DNA of 32,000 nucleotides from Desulfobulbus propionicus DSM 2032. Lineage in GTDB: Bacteria > Desulfobacterota > Desulfobulbia > Desulfobulbales > Desulfobulbaceae. Below the pieces are notes generated by a model. It did not search any database and was not told the DNA's origin. It saw only the letters and a list, made by a program, of their open reading frames with translations. Each line of letters starts with the position of its first letter. Position 1 is the first letter of the stretch. Below are positions 14,634-22,973 of the stretch, piece by piece. A program made the position numbers and the translations under genes. Location of the stretch: positions 660,001-692,000 of the forward strand of contig NC_014972.1 in assembly GCF_000186885.1 (NCBI RefSeq), read 5' to 3'.

Positions 14634-15160
14634 CGATTAATCCCAAGGCCGTGCTCGCGGCCGCGGTTGTACTGCTGGCCGGGGCCTTGCCAACGCCTGG
14701 CCTGGCCCTGGAGCAGATCGATGCGCCGGAGACGGTGACCATCGATGCCCTGGCCAATCTGTATCAGCCGGTCCAATTCAGCCACAAACGACATGCGCAG
14801 CTGGCCCGATGCAAGGATTGCCATCACCACACCACCGGCCACCAGGACATGGATCCCAACTGCGTCCGCTGCCATGCCCATTCCCCGGAAGCCAGCACCG
14901 TGTCGTGCAAGGACTGCCATACCCACAAGCAGTTCTATCCCGAACAGGTCACCGCTACCGACAACCGCAACCTCTATCACATCGACAAACCGGGACTGAA
15001 GGGCGCCTACCACCTCAACTGCGTGCCCTGCCACGTGAAGAAGAACGCGCCGTCGCACTGCGAGGGCTGCCACGCCATGACCGATGCCGGCAAAACCTTC
15101 TTTCATCTTGACGGCAAGGGGCAGGGCAAGGCCAACGCCAAGGACAGCCACGGTAAATGA
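14630..15160 (+). CDS. Periplasmic pentaheme c-type cytochrome (cytochrome c3-like)
   Basis: Sec signal peptide (AVVLLAGALPTPGLA) and five CxxCH motifs: CKDCH, CVRCH, CKDCH, CVPCH, CEGCH. A c3-like VQFSHKRH motif is present. GGAGG RBS upstream, with ATGA overlap to the ftsH stop. Confidence 0.85.
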
Positions 15161-15197
15161 TCCCGCATACACATTAACGCCACAACCACAGAGGTAC

Positions 15198-16133
15198 ATG
15201 ACCATGAAGACATTGATCAATCGGAGAAGGTTTCTGCGGGGCAGTCTGGCTGCCTCGGCCGCGGCAACCGTCTCCCTGGCCAAGAAAACAGACGCCGCGA
15301 CCTTTGAGGGCTATCCCGACGCCATGGGCGTGCTGGTCGACCTGTCGCGCTGCGTCGGCTGCCGCAGCTGCGAGGCCGCGTGCAACAAGGAGCAGCACCT
15401 GCCCGCGCCGGAAAAGCCGTTCAACGATTTTTCGGTCTTCGACGAGCTGCACCACGGTCAGAAGCGACGCACCGACGAGACCCGCTACACGGTGGTCAAC
15501 CGCTACGACATTCCCGGCAGCGAGCATCCGCTCTTTCGCAAGATCCAGTGCAACCATTGCCTGGAGCCGGCCTGCCTGACCAGCTGTTTCGTCAATGCCT
15601 ACACCAAGACCCCAGAGGGCGCGGTCGTCTACGACCCCAGCGTGTGCGTGGGCTGCCGGACCTGCATGATCGCCTGCCCCTTCTATATCCCGACCTTCCG
15701 CTACTCCAGCGCGTTCAAGCCGCGGATCATGAAGTGCGTCTTCTGCCACGATACCCGCTTGACCAAGGGACTGCCGCCGGCCTGCGTCGAAGCCTGTCCG
15801 CAGGAGGCCCTGACCTTCGGCCGCCGTTCCGACCTGGTGGCCATGGGCACGCAGCGCATTCGCGAGAATCCCGGCGCCTATGTCGACCATATCTACGGCG
15901 AGCACGAAGCCGGCGGAACCTCCTGGATGTATCTGTCACCGGCGCCCTTCGACCAGGTGGGCATGGACACCTCGGTTCCCAAGGAGCCCATCCTCAACTA
16001 TGTCAAGGACTTCCTGTCCATCGTCCCCATGGTGCTGACCATCTGGCCGGCCTTGTTTGCCGGGTTCAATCTCCTGGCGACCAGGAAAGACACAATGGAA
16101 CAACAGAAGAACAACAACGAGGGGGAGGTCTGA
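15198..16133 (+). CDS. NrfC/HybA-like 4Fe-4S ferredoxin subunit with Tat signal and C-terminal TM anchor
   Basis: Twin-arginine signal NRRRFLRGSLAASAAA. Four cluster motifs: CVGCRSCEAAC, CNHCLEPAC, CVGCRTCMIACP and CVFCHD...ACVEACP. A C-terminal hydrophobic helix is present. The start may be ATG 15204 instead. Confidence 0.88.
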   Translation: MTMKTLINRRRFLRGSLAASAAATVSLAKKTDAATFEGYPDAMGVLVDLSRCVGCRSCEAACNKEQHLPAPEKPFNDFSVFDELHHGQKRRTDETRYTVVNRYDIPGSEHPLFRKIQCNHCLEPACLTSCFVNAYTKTPEGAVVYDPSVCVGCRTCMIACPFYIPTFRYSSAFKPRIMKCVFCHDTRLTKGLPPACVEACPQEALTFGRRSDLVAMGTQRIRENPGAYVDHIYGEHEAGGTSWMYLSPAPFDQVGMDTSVPKEPILNYVKDFLSIVPMVLTIWPALFAGFNLLATRKDTMEQQKNNNEGEV

Positions 16134-16136
16134 GCC

Positions 16137-17390
16137 ATGCACACCTTTATCAACAACAAGCAGGAAATTCCGGTTGTCTCCCATCTCAAGCCGGATGGGG
16201 GGGTGTGGACCGTCAAGGAAAAACTCTGGCTGGGCCTGAGCCGCGAGGACTACAAGGCCCAGTTCCTGCGCAACCCGGTCAATTGGGTACTGATCTTCAT
16301 TTTCGCCATCGGCGTGCCGCTGCTCATCCAGCGCTACCTGTTCGGGCTCGATACCGTCACCCACGCCTCCAACGACTATCCCTGGGGCCTGTTTTTGGGG
16401 TTCGGGCTGTTCGGCATGGTGCCCCTGTCCGCCTCGGGGTTTCTGCTGGGCACCACGGTGGAGATTTTCGGCCGCAAGGATTTCGCGCCCATCGAACGGC
16501 TGGCCCTGCTCAACGGCCTGCTCGGCTACTTCTTTGCCGTCGTCTATCTTCTGGTCGATTTGGGCATGCCCTGGCGCCTCTACTACCCGATGTTCATCTC
16601 GCTCGGGCCGGCGGCGGTGCTCTTCCTCGTGGCCTGGCATGTGGCCACCTACCTGTCGGTGCAGATCGCCGAGGTGTCGTCGGCTTATTTCGAGTGGGTC
16701 GGCTGGCTCAAGGGCAAACGATTTGTCAAGTCGATCACCATCGGTCTGACCATCGCCGGCATCATCCTGTCCACCCTGCACCAGGGGGCGTTGGGCGCGC
16801 TGTTCACCTACGCGCCCACCAAGGTCCACCCGCTCTGGTTTTCGGCCAACTTTCAGTGGATCCATTTCTTCTGCTCGGCCATCTTCGCCGGCCTGTCCAT
16901 GGTCATCTGCTCCGCGACCCTGTGCAAGCATTTCATGATCTGGCGCTGCGACCGCCGCTTCCTGGACAACGTCGACCGATGCACTCTCGGGCTGGGCAAG
17001 GGATGTGCCTATGCCCTGATCACCTATCTGGTGATCAAGCTGGTCGGGGTGGCGCATGACCAGGATTGGGCCTACCTGCTGACCGGCTGGGGGCAATATT
17101 TCCTCCTGGAAATGGCGGTGGCCGTGGTGCTGCCGATGATCCTCTTCGCCTACGGGGTCAAGCACCGGCGCGTGGCCATGGTGCGCTTCGCCGCCCTGAT
17201 CAGCGTGCTCGGCATTGTCTGGAACCGGCTCAACACCTCGATGATCTGCTTCAACTGGCAGCTCTACCAGGAGATCCCGCATTGGAAGGAGGTGTGGATC
17301 ACCATCACCATCTTCGCCCTCTATTTCATCGTCTATCGGTTCATTCTCTACCGGTTGCCGATCCTGTATGAATGGCGGGGCGAAAAATGA
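16137..17390 (+). CDS. NrfD/PsrC-family integral membrane quinol-interacting subunit
   Basis: 417-aa polytopic membrane protein with about 8-10 helices, placed immediately after the NrfC-like gene (3-nt gap, GGGGGAGG RBS). This is the typical NrfC-NrfD pairing. Confidence 0.85.
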   Translation: MHTFINNKQEIPVVSHLKPDGGVWTVKEKLWLGLSREDYKAQFLRNPVNWVLIFIFAIGVPLLIQRYLFGLDTVTHASNDYPWGLFLGFGLFGMVPLSASGFLLGTTVEIFGRKDFAPIERLALLNGLLGYFFAVVYLLVDLGMPWRLYYPMFISLGPAAVLFLVAWHVATYLSVQIAEVSSAYFEWVGWLKGKRFVKSITIGLTIAGIILSTLHQGALGALFTYAPTKVHPLWFSANFQWIHFFCSAIFAGLSMVICSATLCKHFMIWRCDRRFLDNVDRCTLGLGKGCAYALITYLVIKLVGVAHDQDWAYLLTGWGQYFLLEMAVAVVLPMILFAYGVKHRRVAMVRFAALISVLGIVWNRLNTSMICFNWQLYQEIPHWKEVWITITIFALYFIVYRFILYRLPILYEWRGEK

Positions 17391-17402
17391 TGTGGCAGGT
17401 TG

Positions 17403-17445
17403 CGGATTCCGGCAGCCCCCTGGCCTCTTCCCGTGCCGGAATCCG
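17403..17445 (+). other. Strong intercistronic stem-loop (12-bp perfect stem)
   Basis: CGGATTCCGGCA (17403-17414) pairs with TGCCGGAATCCG (17434-17445) around a 19-nt loop. No U-tract follows. It lies between the nrfD-like stop and the GGAGG RBS of the next gene. Confidence 0.5.
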
Positions 17446-17466
17446 TGACCACCTCGGAGGTCTGTC

Positions 17467-18918
17467 GTGACGTCCCGCAGACAAGGCGCTCGCCGGTGGC
17501 CATGGACCGATTGGCCGCTCAACCGGCTGTTTGCCGCCATCACCGTCTCGGTGCTGCTGTTTCTTTCGGCGGTCCTGGTTCTCGGCGTCCGCCAGTATCT
17601 GCTCTATCACCAATGCCGCCAGGCGGTGGCTGCGGGCGACCGGCTGCTGTTCCAGTTCACCGCCATCAAGGATCATCTCGACGGCTCCCTGATTGTCGGC
17701 GAGGAGGTCAATCTTCATGCCCTTGACGCGGAATTGCAGAGCCTTGAAAAAGAGGTGGGCGCATTGGCGGCCAACATCCTGGTGCCCGAGGGGCTGAAGC
17801 GGATGCTGCCCTCCCGGGTGGACCTGGTCGGTCTGGAGGTGCGGCTGCGGGCGGTGCAGGAGAACCGCCCGCAAAAGATCCGGGAAGCGGCGGAACTGGT
17901 CCGTTCCCTTGGCGGGATCAATGTCGGCTTGCAGCAGTTTCGCTTTAGCCTGAGTGATCATACGCAAATTATCCTTCTGGGCCTGCACAAGATCATTGCC
18001 GGCGCCCTGGGGCTGATCGTGGTCGTGTCCTGTTCGCTGCTGTTCGTGCTCAACCGCCGCCTGGCCGGCCCGATCCTGGCCCTGTGCAGGCTGACCGCCG
18101 CCGCTGGCCCGGACGAGGAGGATTCGAGCTGTTCCCTGCACACCCTGACCGATCGCATTCGCCAACTGCTGGACCGGGAGAGGGAACGGGAGCAATCCCC
18201 AGCGCCGGCCGCGCCGACCACCCCCGATCAGCTTCGTCTGGCCGCGCTCCGCTACCGGTACGGCGTGACGGGCTGGATCGGCACGGAACTGGCGAGCGAG
18301 CTGACCAACCGCATCAACGGGGTGATCAACTACACGCAGGCGCTGATCGATCTCAACGAGCAAGGGAAGGGGGACCGGCAGCAGATGGCTCGGGTCTGCG
18401 AGCTGCTGGCCAGCGAGGAAAAGAAGACCGCAGAACTGGTCGGAGCCCTGCAACGGATCTGTCAGTGGCAGCCCGCGCGGACATCAAGCGTCTCCCTGCG
18501 CACCCTGTTTCATCTCCTGGGCCTGATTTTCGAGAAATCGCTGCGGGCCGAATCCATTCTCCTCACCCTGCCGGCCGACTGCGATGCCGAGGCCGCGGTC
18601 GCCGCCGGCGATCTCTGGCTGGTGGCCCTGACCCTGGTGGAGCAGGGCCGCCGGATCCTGCTCGACGGCATGGCCGATCCGCCCGGGGAAAAACGGCTGC
18701 ATATCGAATGCAGGAAACAGCCAGGCGAGCGTTTTCGGCTGACACTGCTGTTCACCAACAGCGCCGGTCTGTGGGAGGCCCCCCTGGACCCAGTTTGGCC
18801 GTCGCTCTCCTTCTGCACGCATCTGTTGCAGGTGCATGACGCCTCGCTCACCCTGGAAGCCTCCGACGGCGGGACGCTCCTGCTCCTTGAACTGCCGTGC
18901 CGCGGTTCCGTGGCATAA
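17467..18918 (+). CDS. Membrane-bound degenerate histidine-kinase paralog (pseudo-kinase: H-box His replaced, ATP-binding boxes absent)
   Basis: GTG start 6 nt after GGAGG, and two TM segments. The DHp-like segment ELASELTNRINGVINYTQALIDL aligns with [26 protein letters not shown] of the kinase at 6944, with Ser (AGC 18295-18297) at the His position. No recognisable N, G1 or G2 boxes. Confidence 0.7.
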   Translation: MTSRRQGARRWPWTDWPLNRLFAAITVSVLLFLSAVLVLGVRQYLLYHQCRQAVAAGDRLLFQFTAIKDHLDGSLIVGEEVNLHALDAELQSLEKEVGALAANILVPEGLKRMLPSRVDLVGLEVRLRAVQENRPQKIREAAELVRSLGGINVGLQQFRFSLSDHTQIILLGLHKIIAGALGLIVVVSCSLLFVLNRRLAGPILALCRLTAAAGPDEEDSSCSLHTLTDRIRQLLDREREREQSPAPAAPTTPDQLRLAALRYRYGVTGWIGTELASELTNRINGVINYTQALIDLNEQGKGDRQQMARVCELLASEEKKTAELVGALQRICQWQPARTSSVSLRTLFHLLGLIFEKSLRAESILLTLPADCDAEAAVAAGDLWLVALTLVEQGRRILLDGMADPPGEKRLHIECRKQPGERFRLTLLFTNSAGLWEAPLDPVWPSLSFCTHLLQVHDASLTLEASDGGTLLLLELPCRGSVA

Positions 18919-18940
18919 CGCCGTTTTCATGAAGACGATG

Positions 18941-18971
18941 ACGCCGCACTGTGGTGCGGCGTTTGTTTATT
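18941..18971 (+). terminator. Rho-independent terminator ending the six-gene operon
   Basis: ACGCCGCAC (18941-18949) pairs with GTGCGGCGT (18954-18962) around the loop TGTG, followed by TTGTTTATT. Confidence 0.7.
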
Positions 18972-19058
18972 CGTGACGCGAACCCCCCGCCGCCCAACCT
19001 GTCCGCCACGCTTCGCAACAGAACCGTGACAGACGCGCCACAGCATTGGCAGCCGCAC

Positions 19059-19104
19059 GCCACGGTCTTGTGGCCGCCATGGTGTGGTGCCACATAAGCG
19101 TGGT
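19059..19104. promoter_or_regulatory. Pair of 16-bp palindromic sites, region C
   Basis: GCCACGGTCTTGTGGC (19059-19074) and GCCACATAAGCGTGGT (19089-19104), starts 30 bp apart and about 100-145 bp upstream of the sigma-54 promoter at 19205. An AT-rich tract (19131-19195) lies between them and the promoter. Confidence 0.5.
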
Positions 19105-19204
19105 GGCGCAATGCCTGCCAGCCGTCGGGGGATTTGAGAAAAAATTGTATTTATATCGGATTGTTGGACGTTGTGGTTGATTTTTCGTTCACAAGAGATC
19201 TTCC

Positions 19205-19220
19205 TGGCATCGCGGGTGCA
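19205..19220 (+). promoter_or_regulatory. Sigma-54 (-24/-12) promoter
   Basis: TGGCATCGCGGGTGCA with exact GG-N10-GC spacing, 53 nt upstream of ATG 19273. Confidence 0.6.
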
Positions 19221-19272
19221 CTGTCAAGGGCAAAACGAAGTCTATCACCCTCACCACTTCAAGGAGGACACC

Positions 19273-19470
19273 ATGACAACCCAAATTATCAACAAGAACG
19301 AGACCAAGACCGATGTCGCCCAGGAAACGTCCAAATTCACCGTGCGGATCGTGATGACCATGGCCGGCCTGATTGGCATCTGGGCGTTGGCCTGCCTGAT
19401 TGGCGGCTTGGCCAGCGGCGGGGTCGGCAATCTGATTCAAGGATACATCAGTACGATTATTGGGCACTGA
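19273..19470 (+). CDS. Small single-pass membrane protein (65 aa), unknown function
   Basis: AAGGAGG RBS at 19261-19267. Sequence MTTQIINKNETKTDVAQETSKFTVRIVMTMAGLIGIWALACLIGGLASGGVGNLIQGYISTIIGH, with one Gly-rich TM helix. The longer ORF-track start at 19171 has no RBS. Confidence 0.65.
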   Translation: MTTQIINKNETKTDVAQETSKFTVRIVMTMAGLIGIWALACLIGGLASGGVGNLIQGYISTIIGH

Positions 19471-19505
19471 TTTTGACACATCTAAACGGTTCAAGGAGAA
19501 AAACA

Positions 19506-19808
19506 ATGTCTGACAACAAAAGCAGCAAACGTGTATCGGCCATCATGCTGGGATTGGGCACCATCGTGGTTTTGTGGGTGGTGGCGGCCTTTGTCGGCGC
19601 CCTGCACCACACCAACTGGCAGTTCGGCGAATTGGCCCGGCAGTACATGTTGGCCACCGGGATGATGAAGTCGTTGCACACCGCGGTCGATTTTTACACC
19701 CATATCAAGGGCATCGAATATCTGATCTGCGTGGCCTTCTTCGTCGCCTTCCCCATCTTCTTCAAGTATGTCAACAAGGAGAAGCGCACCGTGCCGGTGA
19801 GCAAGTAG
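19506..19808 (+). CDS. Small two-pass membrane protein (100 aa), unknown function
   Basis: AAGGAG RBS at 19493-19498. TM1 is VSAIMLGLGTIVVLWVVAAFVGAL and TM2 is IEYLICVAFFVAFPIFFKYV. The 224-aa ORF-track version has an implausible N-terminal extension. Confidence 0.7.
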   Translation: MSDNKSSKRVSAIMLGLGTIVVLWVVAAFVGALHHTNWQFGELARQYMLATGMMKSLHTAVDFYTHIKGIEYLICVAFFVAFPIFFKYVNKEKRTVPVSK

Positions 19809-19857
19809 AAGCAGGCAGGGTTCGGGGAGCCATGGCGGTTTCCCGAACAAGACGGAA

Positions 19858-19891
19858 AGCCCCATCCCTCCGCGGGGATGGGGCTTTTCTT
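19858..19891 (+). terminator. Rho-independent terminator after the small-protein pair
   Basis: AGCCCCATCCC pairs with GGGATGGGGCT, followed by TTTCTTC. A second weaker hairpin sits at 19820-19848 and a T8 run at 19933-19940. Confidence 0.7.
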
Positions 19892-20317
19892 CGTGTAGAG
19901 GGCGGGAGGCGTGGGAATGGCGGCACGCGGCGTTTTTTTTGTCGCCCGTCCCTGGGTAGAATGGAGCGCACGATTTTGCCTTGAAGTGCGCGGGTGTTCG
20001 AGGTATGACTCTCCCCGTTTTTTCGATTATCGATCCTGGGCAGGGATCAAGGAAACCATCGAGGTTCGGCGCAATGGCCACAATATATGTCGTCCTATCG
20101 TTGACAGGGTAACACGAGCACGGCCACGCCGTGCATAGGCCTGTTGTCTGCTCGCTGCCCCTTCCTTCAGCAGATTTCTCCCTTCATTTTCAATCAGCCC
20201 GCGCCATCGGCAACCGATGCGCGCGTCGAGTGCAATTCGAACGAGAAACCGCACTGGTGTGCGGCCGCGCTTGCAACGGGCTGACTGGTCTATTCAATCA
20301 AAGACAAAGGAACACAC

Positions 20318-20986
20318 ATGTCGATCATCACAATCGCAAGAGGCTCATACAGCCGTGGCAAGGAGGTCGCCGAGAGACTGGCGAAGAAATTGGGATACGA
20401 ATGCATTTCCCGCGATATCCTGCTTGAAGCCTCCGAGGAATTCAATATTCCTGAAATGAAACTGGTGCGCATGCTCCATGATTGCCCCAAGATTCTTGAT
20501 CGGCTGTTCGACGGGCCCGAGCGCTATGTCGCCTACTACCGGTCGGCCCTGCTGCAGCATGCTCGTAACGACAATATCGTCTACCATGGCCTGGCCGGCC
20601 ATTTCTTTCTCAAGGACATCCCCCATGTGCTCAAAATCAGGATCAACGCCGATATGGAGAGCCGGGTGCGGGAGGAAATGAAGCGGGAGAACATTTCGGC
20701 CGAGGAGGCGCTTGCCGTCCTGAAGAAAGACGATGAGGAGCGGCGGAAATGGAGCCTGGAGGTCTACGGCACGGACACGTGGGATAGCCGCCTGTACGAC
20801 ATGGTCATCAATATCAGCACGCTGACGCTTGAGGACGCGGTCGACATCATCCACGGCGTGTTGCAAAAACCGACCTTCCAGTCAACGGTTGCGTCCCGAA
20901 AGTTGGTTGCCGACCTGGCGATCGCGGCAAAAAAACGAGCGGAGATCGTGAAGGCCAAGGGGAAAATCGAAACCGAGGTGATCTGA
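20318..20986 (+). CDS. Cytidylate kinase-like family (AAA_33-like) protein
   Basis: N-terminus IITIARGSYSRGKEVAERLAKKLGYECISRDIL and overall length and pattern resemble the cytidylate-kinase-like family; this is recalled from memory, not searched. Confidence 0.7.
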   Translation: MSIITIARGSYSRGKEVAERLAKKLGYECISRDILLEASEEFNIPEMKLVRMLHDCPKILDRLFDGPERYVAYYRSALLQHARNDNIVYHGLAGHFFLKDIPHVLKIRINADMESRVREEMKRENISAEEALAVLKKDDEERRKWSLEVYGTDTWDSRLYDMVINISTLTLEDAVDIIHGVLQKPTFQSTVASRKLVADLAIAAKKRAEIVKAKGKIETEVI

Positions 20987-21085
20987 TGCACGATCGGCTC
21001 GTGGCGCGTCCGAGCGCACCACGAGCCGTTGCCCTGTCCCGGTCGGCGGACGGCGGCGGCAACAGGCCGCCCGTCTCGGGGCTGT

Positions 21086-21832
21086 TCATTCCTCCAGGAT
21101 GAACTTCCAGGCGCAGAACCAGTTGTCCGGGTGGTCATCCGGCGGGCAGCCGACGCATTCGGTCTTGATGCGGGGATCAATGGTCTGGGCAAAGGTGGGG
21201 TATTCGACCATGCCCGCCGACTTGCACGGATAATCGGCCAGGCCCTTGCGCTTGCGCGCCGCCTGCACCCGACAGTTGTTCATGTAGAAGATGATGCAGT
21301 GGTCGTTGACCTCCTCGATCGACTGCTCGTTGATGAAGGCGTACATCCGCAGGCCCAGCGCCCTTTTCAGCGCCGGGATGCCGCCGGCCTCGGGCAGGTC
21401 GAGCAGTTTTTTGATCCGCGCCGCCTCGAAGGGGGAAAAGCGGGTCCAGCAGGTGTCGTTGCACCGTTTGGCGTCGCCCATGCCGAACCGGTTCTCCACC
21501 GCCTGGAACCAGATACCGTCGTTGGCCAGCCAGTTGATGCTCAACTTTTCGATCAGATCGGCCAGCACCTCCTTGGGCAGGGTCTTCAACACGGCGGGAA
21601 TGCCCCCCTCGGTGGGAAAATCCAGGGTCTTGCCCAACCGGTCGAGCTGATTGCCCACGCTGGCCTGCCAGACATCGTCCTCCACGGCCAGGGCCTTCTC
21701 CAGGCCCACCTGATGCTCCACCTCGGCGAACCAGGCGCCATAGTGGACAATAATCCGGCGAAAGCCGTCCATCACCATCCGCACCAGCAGATCCTGATCA
21801 GCCTGTTCGAGTATCACCTTGCCACTGCTCAT
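21086..21832 (-). CDS. Conserved hypothetical Cys-rich protein (possibly DUF6125-like)
   Basis: ATG 21832 is preceded by AAGGAGG. 248 aa with clustered Cys toward the C-terminus (CNDTC, NNC, PCKSAG, ECVGCPPDDHPDNWFC). The family assignment is tentative. Confidence 0.6.
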   Translation of the reverse strand: MSSGKVILEQADQDLLVRMVMDGFRRIIVHYGAWFAEVEHQVGLEKALAVEDDVWQASVGNQLDRLGKTLDFPTEGGIPAVLKTLPKEVLADLIEKLSINWLANDGIWFQAVENRFGMGDAKRCNDTCWTRFSPFEAARIKKLLDLPEAGGIPALKRALGLRMYAFINEQSIEEVNDHCIIFYMNNCRVQAARKRKGLADYPCKSAGMVEYPTFAQTIDPRIKTECVGCPPDDHPDNWFCAWKFILEE

Positions 21833-21903
21833 CCGTGCTCCTCCTTGGTTGCTGTTGTTCTTGCAGAACGCCACTCTTTACCTTCACCGACACTACTTGA
21901 ATT

Positions 21904-22959
21904 TTAGCCCGAGCGCATCCGCATCCTCACGCAGTCCCGGCAGGGAAGGGGCGGGCGGCCCGACCGATGCGCCCGGCGGAAGGCGGCATAGGGCGGCGCA
22001 TGCCAGAGGGCCGCAAAAGATTGCTCGGCGACCGAACCAAAGACGAGGGGATGAAAGGGAGTTTCTTGGCCGGCGGTCCAAACATGGGCGCCGGCGGCGA
22101 GCGGCAGATGGGTGTAGACGCAGGGCGAAAGGCTGCCGTCAACAGCGATAACCGCAGCTTTGTCGATGTTTTCGGAGCAGTCGCCCTTGCCGGACGGCGA
22201 TGTTCCCGAATCGCCACCCAAGCCGGCTGCCGGCCGGGCCAGCCAGGCATGGATGGGCAGGCTCAGCCCGGCACCGGCCGCGATCACCGCGTCCAATCGC
22301 TGTCGCAGGGCGGCATATTCCACCTCGTTGGCCGGGACAATCGCCTCGCCGAGCAGACCGTGATCGGCCACCAGGTCCAGGGTACTGATCACCACCTGCC
22401 CGATGCCCCGCCCGGCGAGCAAGGCAGGCAGGGCTTCCACGTCGTCCAGCCGGGAGCGGAGCAGCAGATAGGCGATATGAATGGCTGGCGTGTCCGAGGT
22501 CAGCGCATGCTTGAGTCGGTCGAGCCGTTCGATTGCCGCCAGGACCTGGCGCACACTGGTTCCACGGCGGATACGGTCGTTTTCCTGGTCAATGCCGGCC
22601 AGGGACAAGGCGACCACGTCCACCTGGGAGGCAATCAGGCGGCGGCAGCATTCCTCGGTCAGCAGCAGGCCGTTGGTGGTGGTGCCGACCGCGCAGCCGG
22701 CGGCCTTGGCCTGGTCGACGAAATCAAAAAAGGCGGGATGGGTCAGGGGTTCGCCCCAGCCCTGGAGATAGAGCAGGCGGGTTGTGGCGAGCAGCGGCCG
22801 CAGGGCGGCGAAGAGCTCGGGCGCGAGCAGCCGATTCTGCCAGCGGGAGGCGTAGCAGGTCCGCGGACAGTACAGGCAGGCGGCGTTGCAGTGGGTGCTG
22901 ATTTCCACCTGCAGCCAGTCGAGCCGGGGCGGGCGGTGAAACGGCCAGGGCCAGCGCAT
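21904..22959 (-). CDS. Radical SAM enzyme with a C-terminal Cys-rich (SPASM/twitch-like) extension
   Basis: CxxxCxxC motif in STHCNAACLYCP, a GGEP-like GWGEPL, and C-terminal CSENIDKAAVIAVDGSLSPC...PCRDC. ATG 22959 is preferred over the TTG at 22980. Confidence 0.85.
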   Translation of the reverse strand: MRWPWPFHRPPRLDWLQVEISTHCNAACLYCPRTCYASRWQNRLLAPELFAALRPLLATTRLLYLQGWGEPLTHPAFFDFVDQAKAAGCAVGTTTNGLLLTEECCRRLIASQVDVVALSLAGIDQENDRIRRGTSVRQVLAAIERLDRLKHALTSDTPAIHIAYLLLRSRLDDVEALPALLAGRGIGQVVISTLDLVADHGLLGEAIVPANEVEYAALRQRLDAVIAAGAGLSLPIHAWLARPAAGLGGDSGTSPSGKGDCSENIDKAAVIAVDGSLSPCVYTHLPLAAGAHVWTAGQETPFHPLVFGSVAEQSFAALWHAPPYAAFRRAHRSGRPPLPCRDCVRMRMRSG

Positions 22960-22973
22960 GGTCCCCCGTGCGC

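Noticed and set aside
19104-19119. Second sigma-54-like element TGGCGCAATGCCTGCC upstream of the 19205 promoter
   Set aside because: The spacing is correct, but both the -24 (TGGCGC) and -12 (CTGCC) elements are weak. It also overlaps palindrome 19089-19104, whose GTGGC half-sites mimic the -24 box by composition.
19134-19808. 224-aa ORF fusing the region of both small membrane protein genes
   Set aside because: The upstream two-thirds is hydrophilic junk overlapping the sigma-54 promoter and small gene 1 in another frame. The internal ATG 19506 has a strong AAGGAG RBS.
20130-20185. SRP (4.5S) RNA-like GAAGGAAGGGGCAGC motif on the minus strand
   Set aside because: The surrounding sequence cannot be folded into the conserved domain IV helix with its GGAA tetraloop. 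The resemblance is limited to a short purine run.
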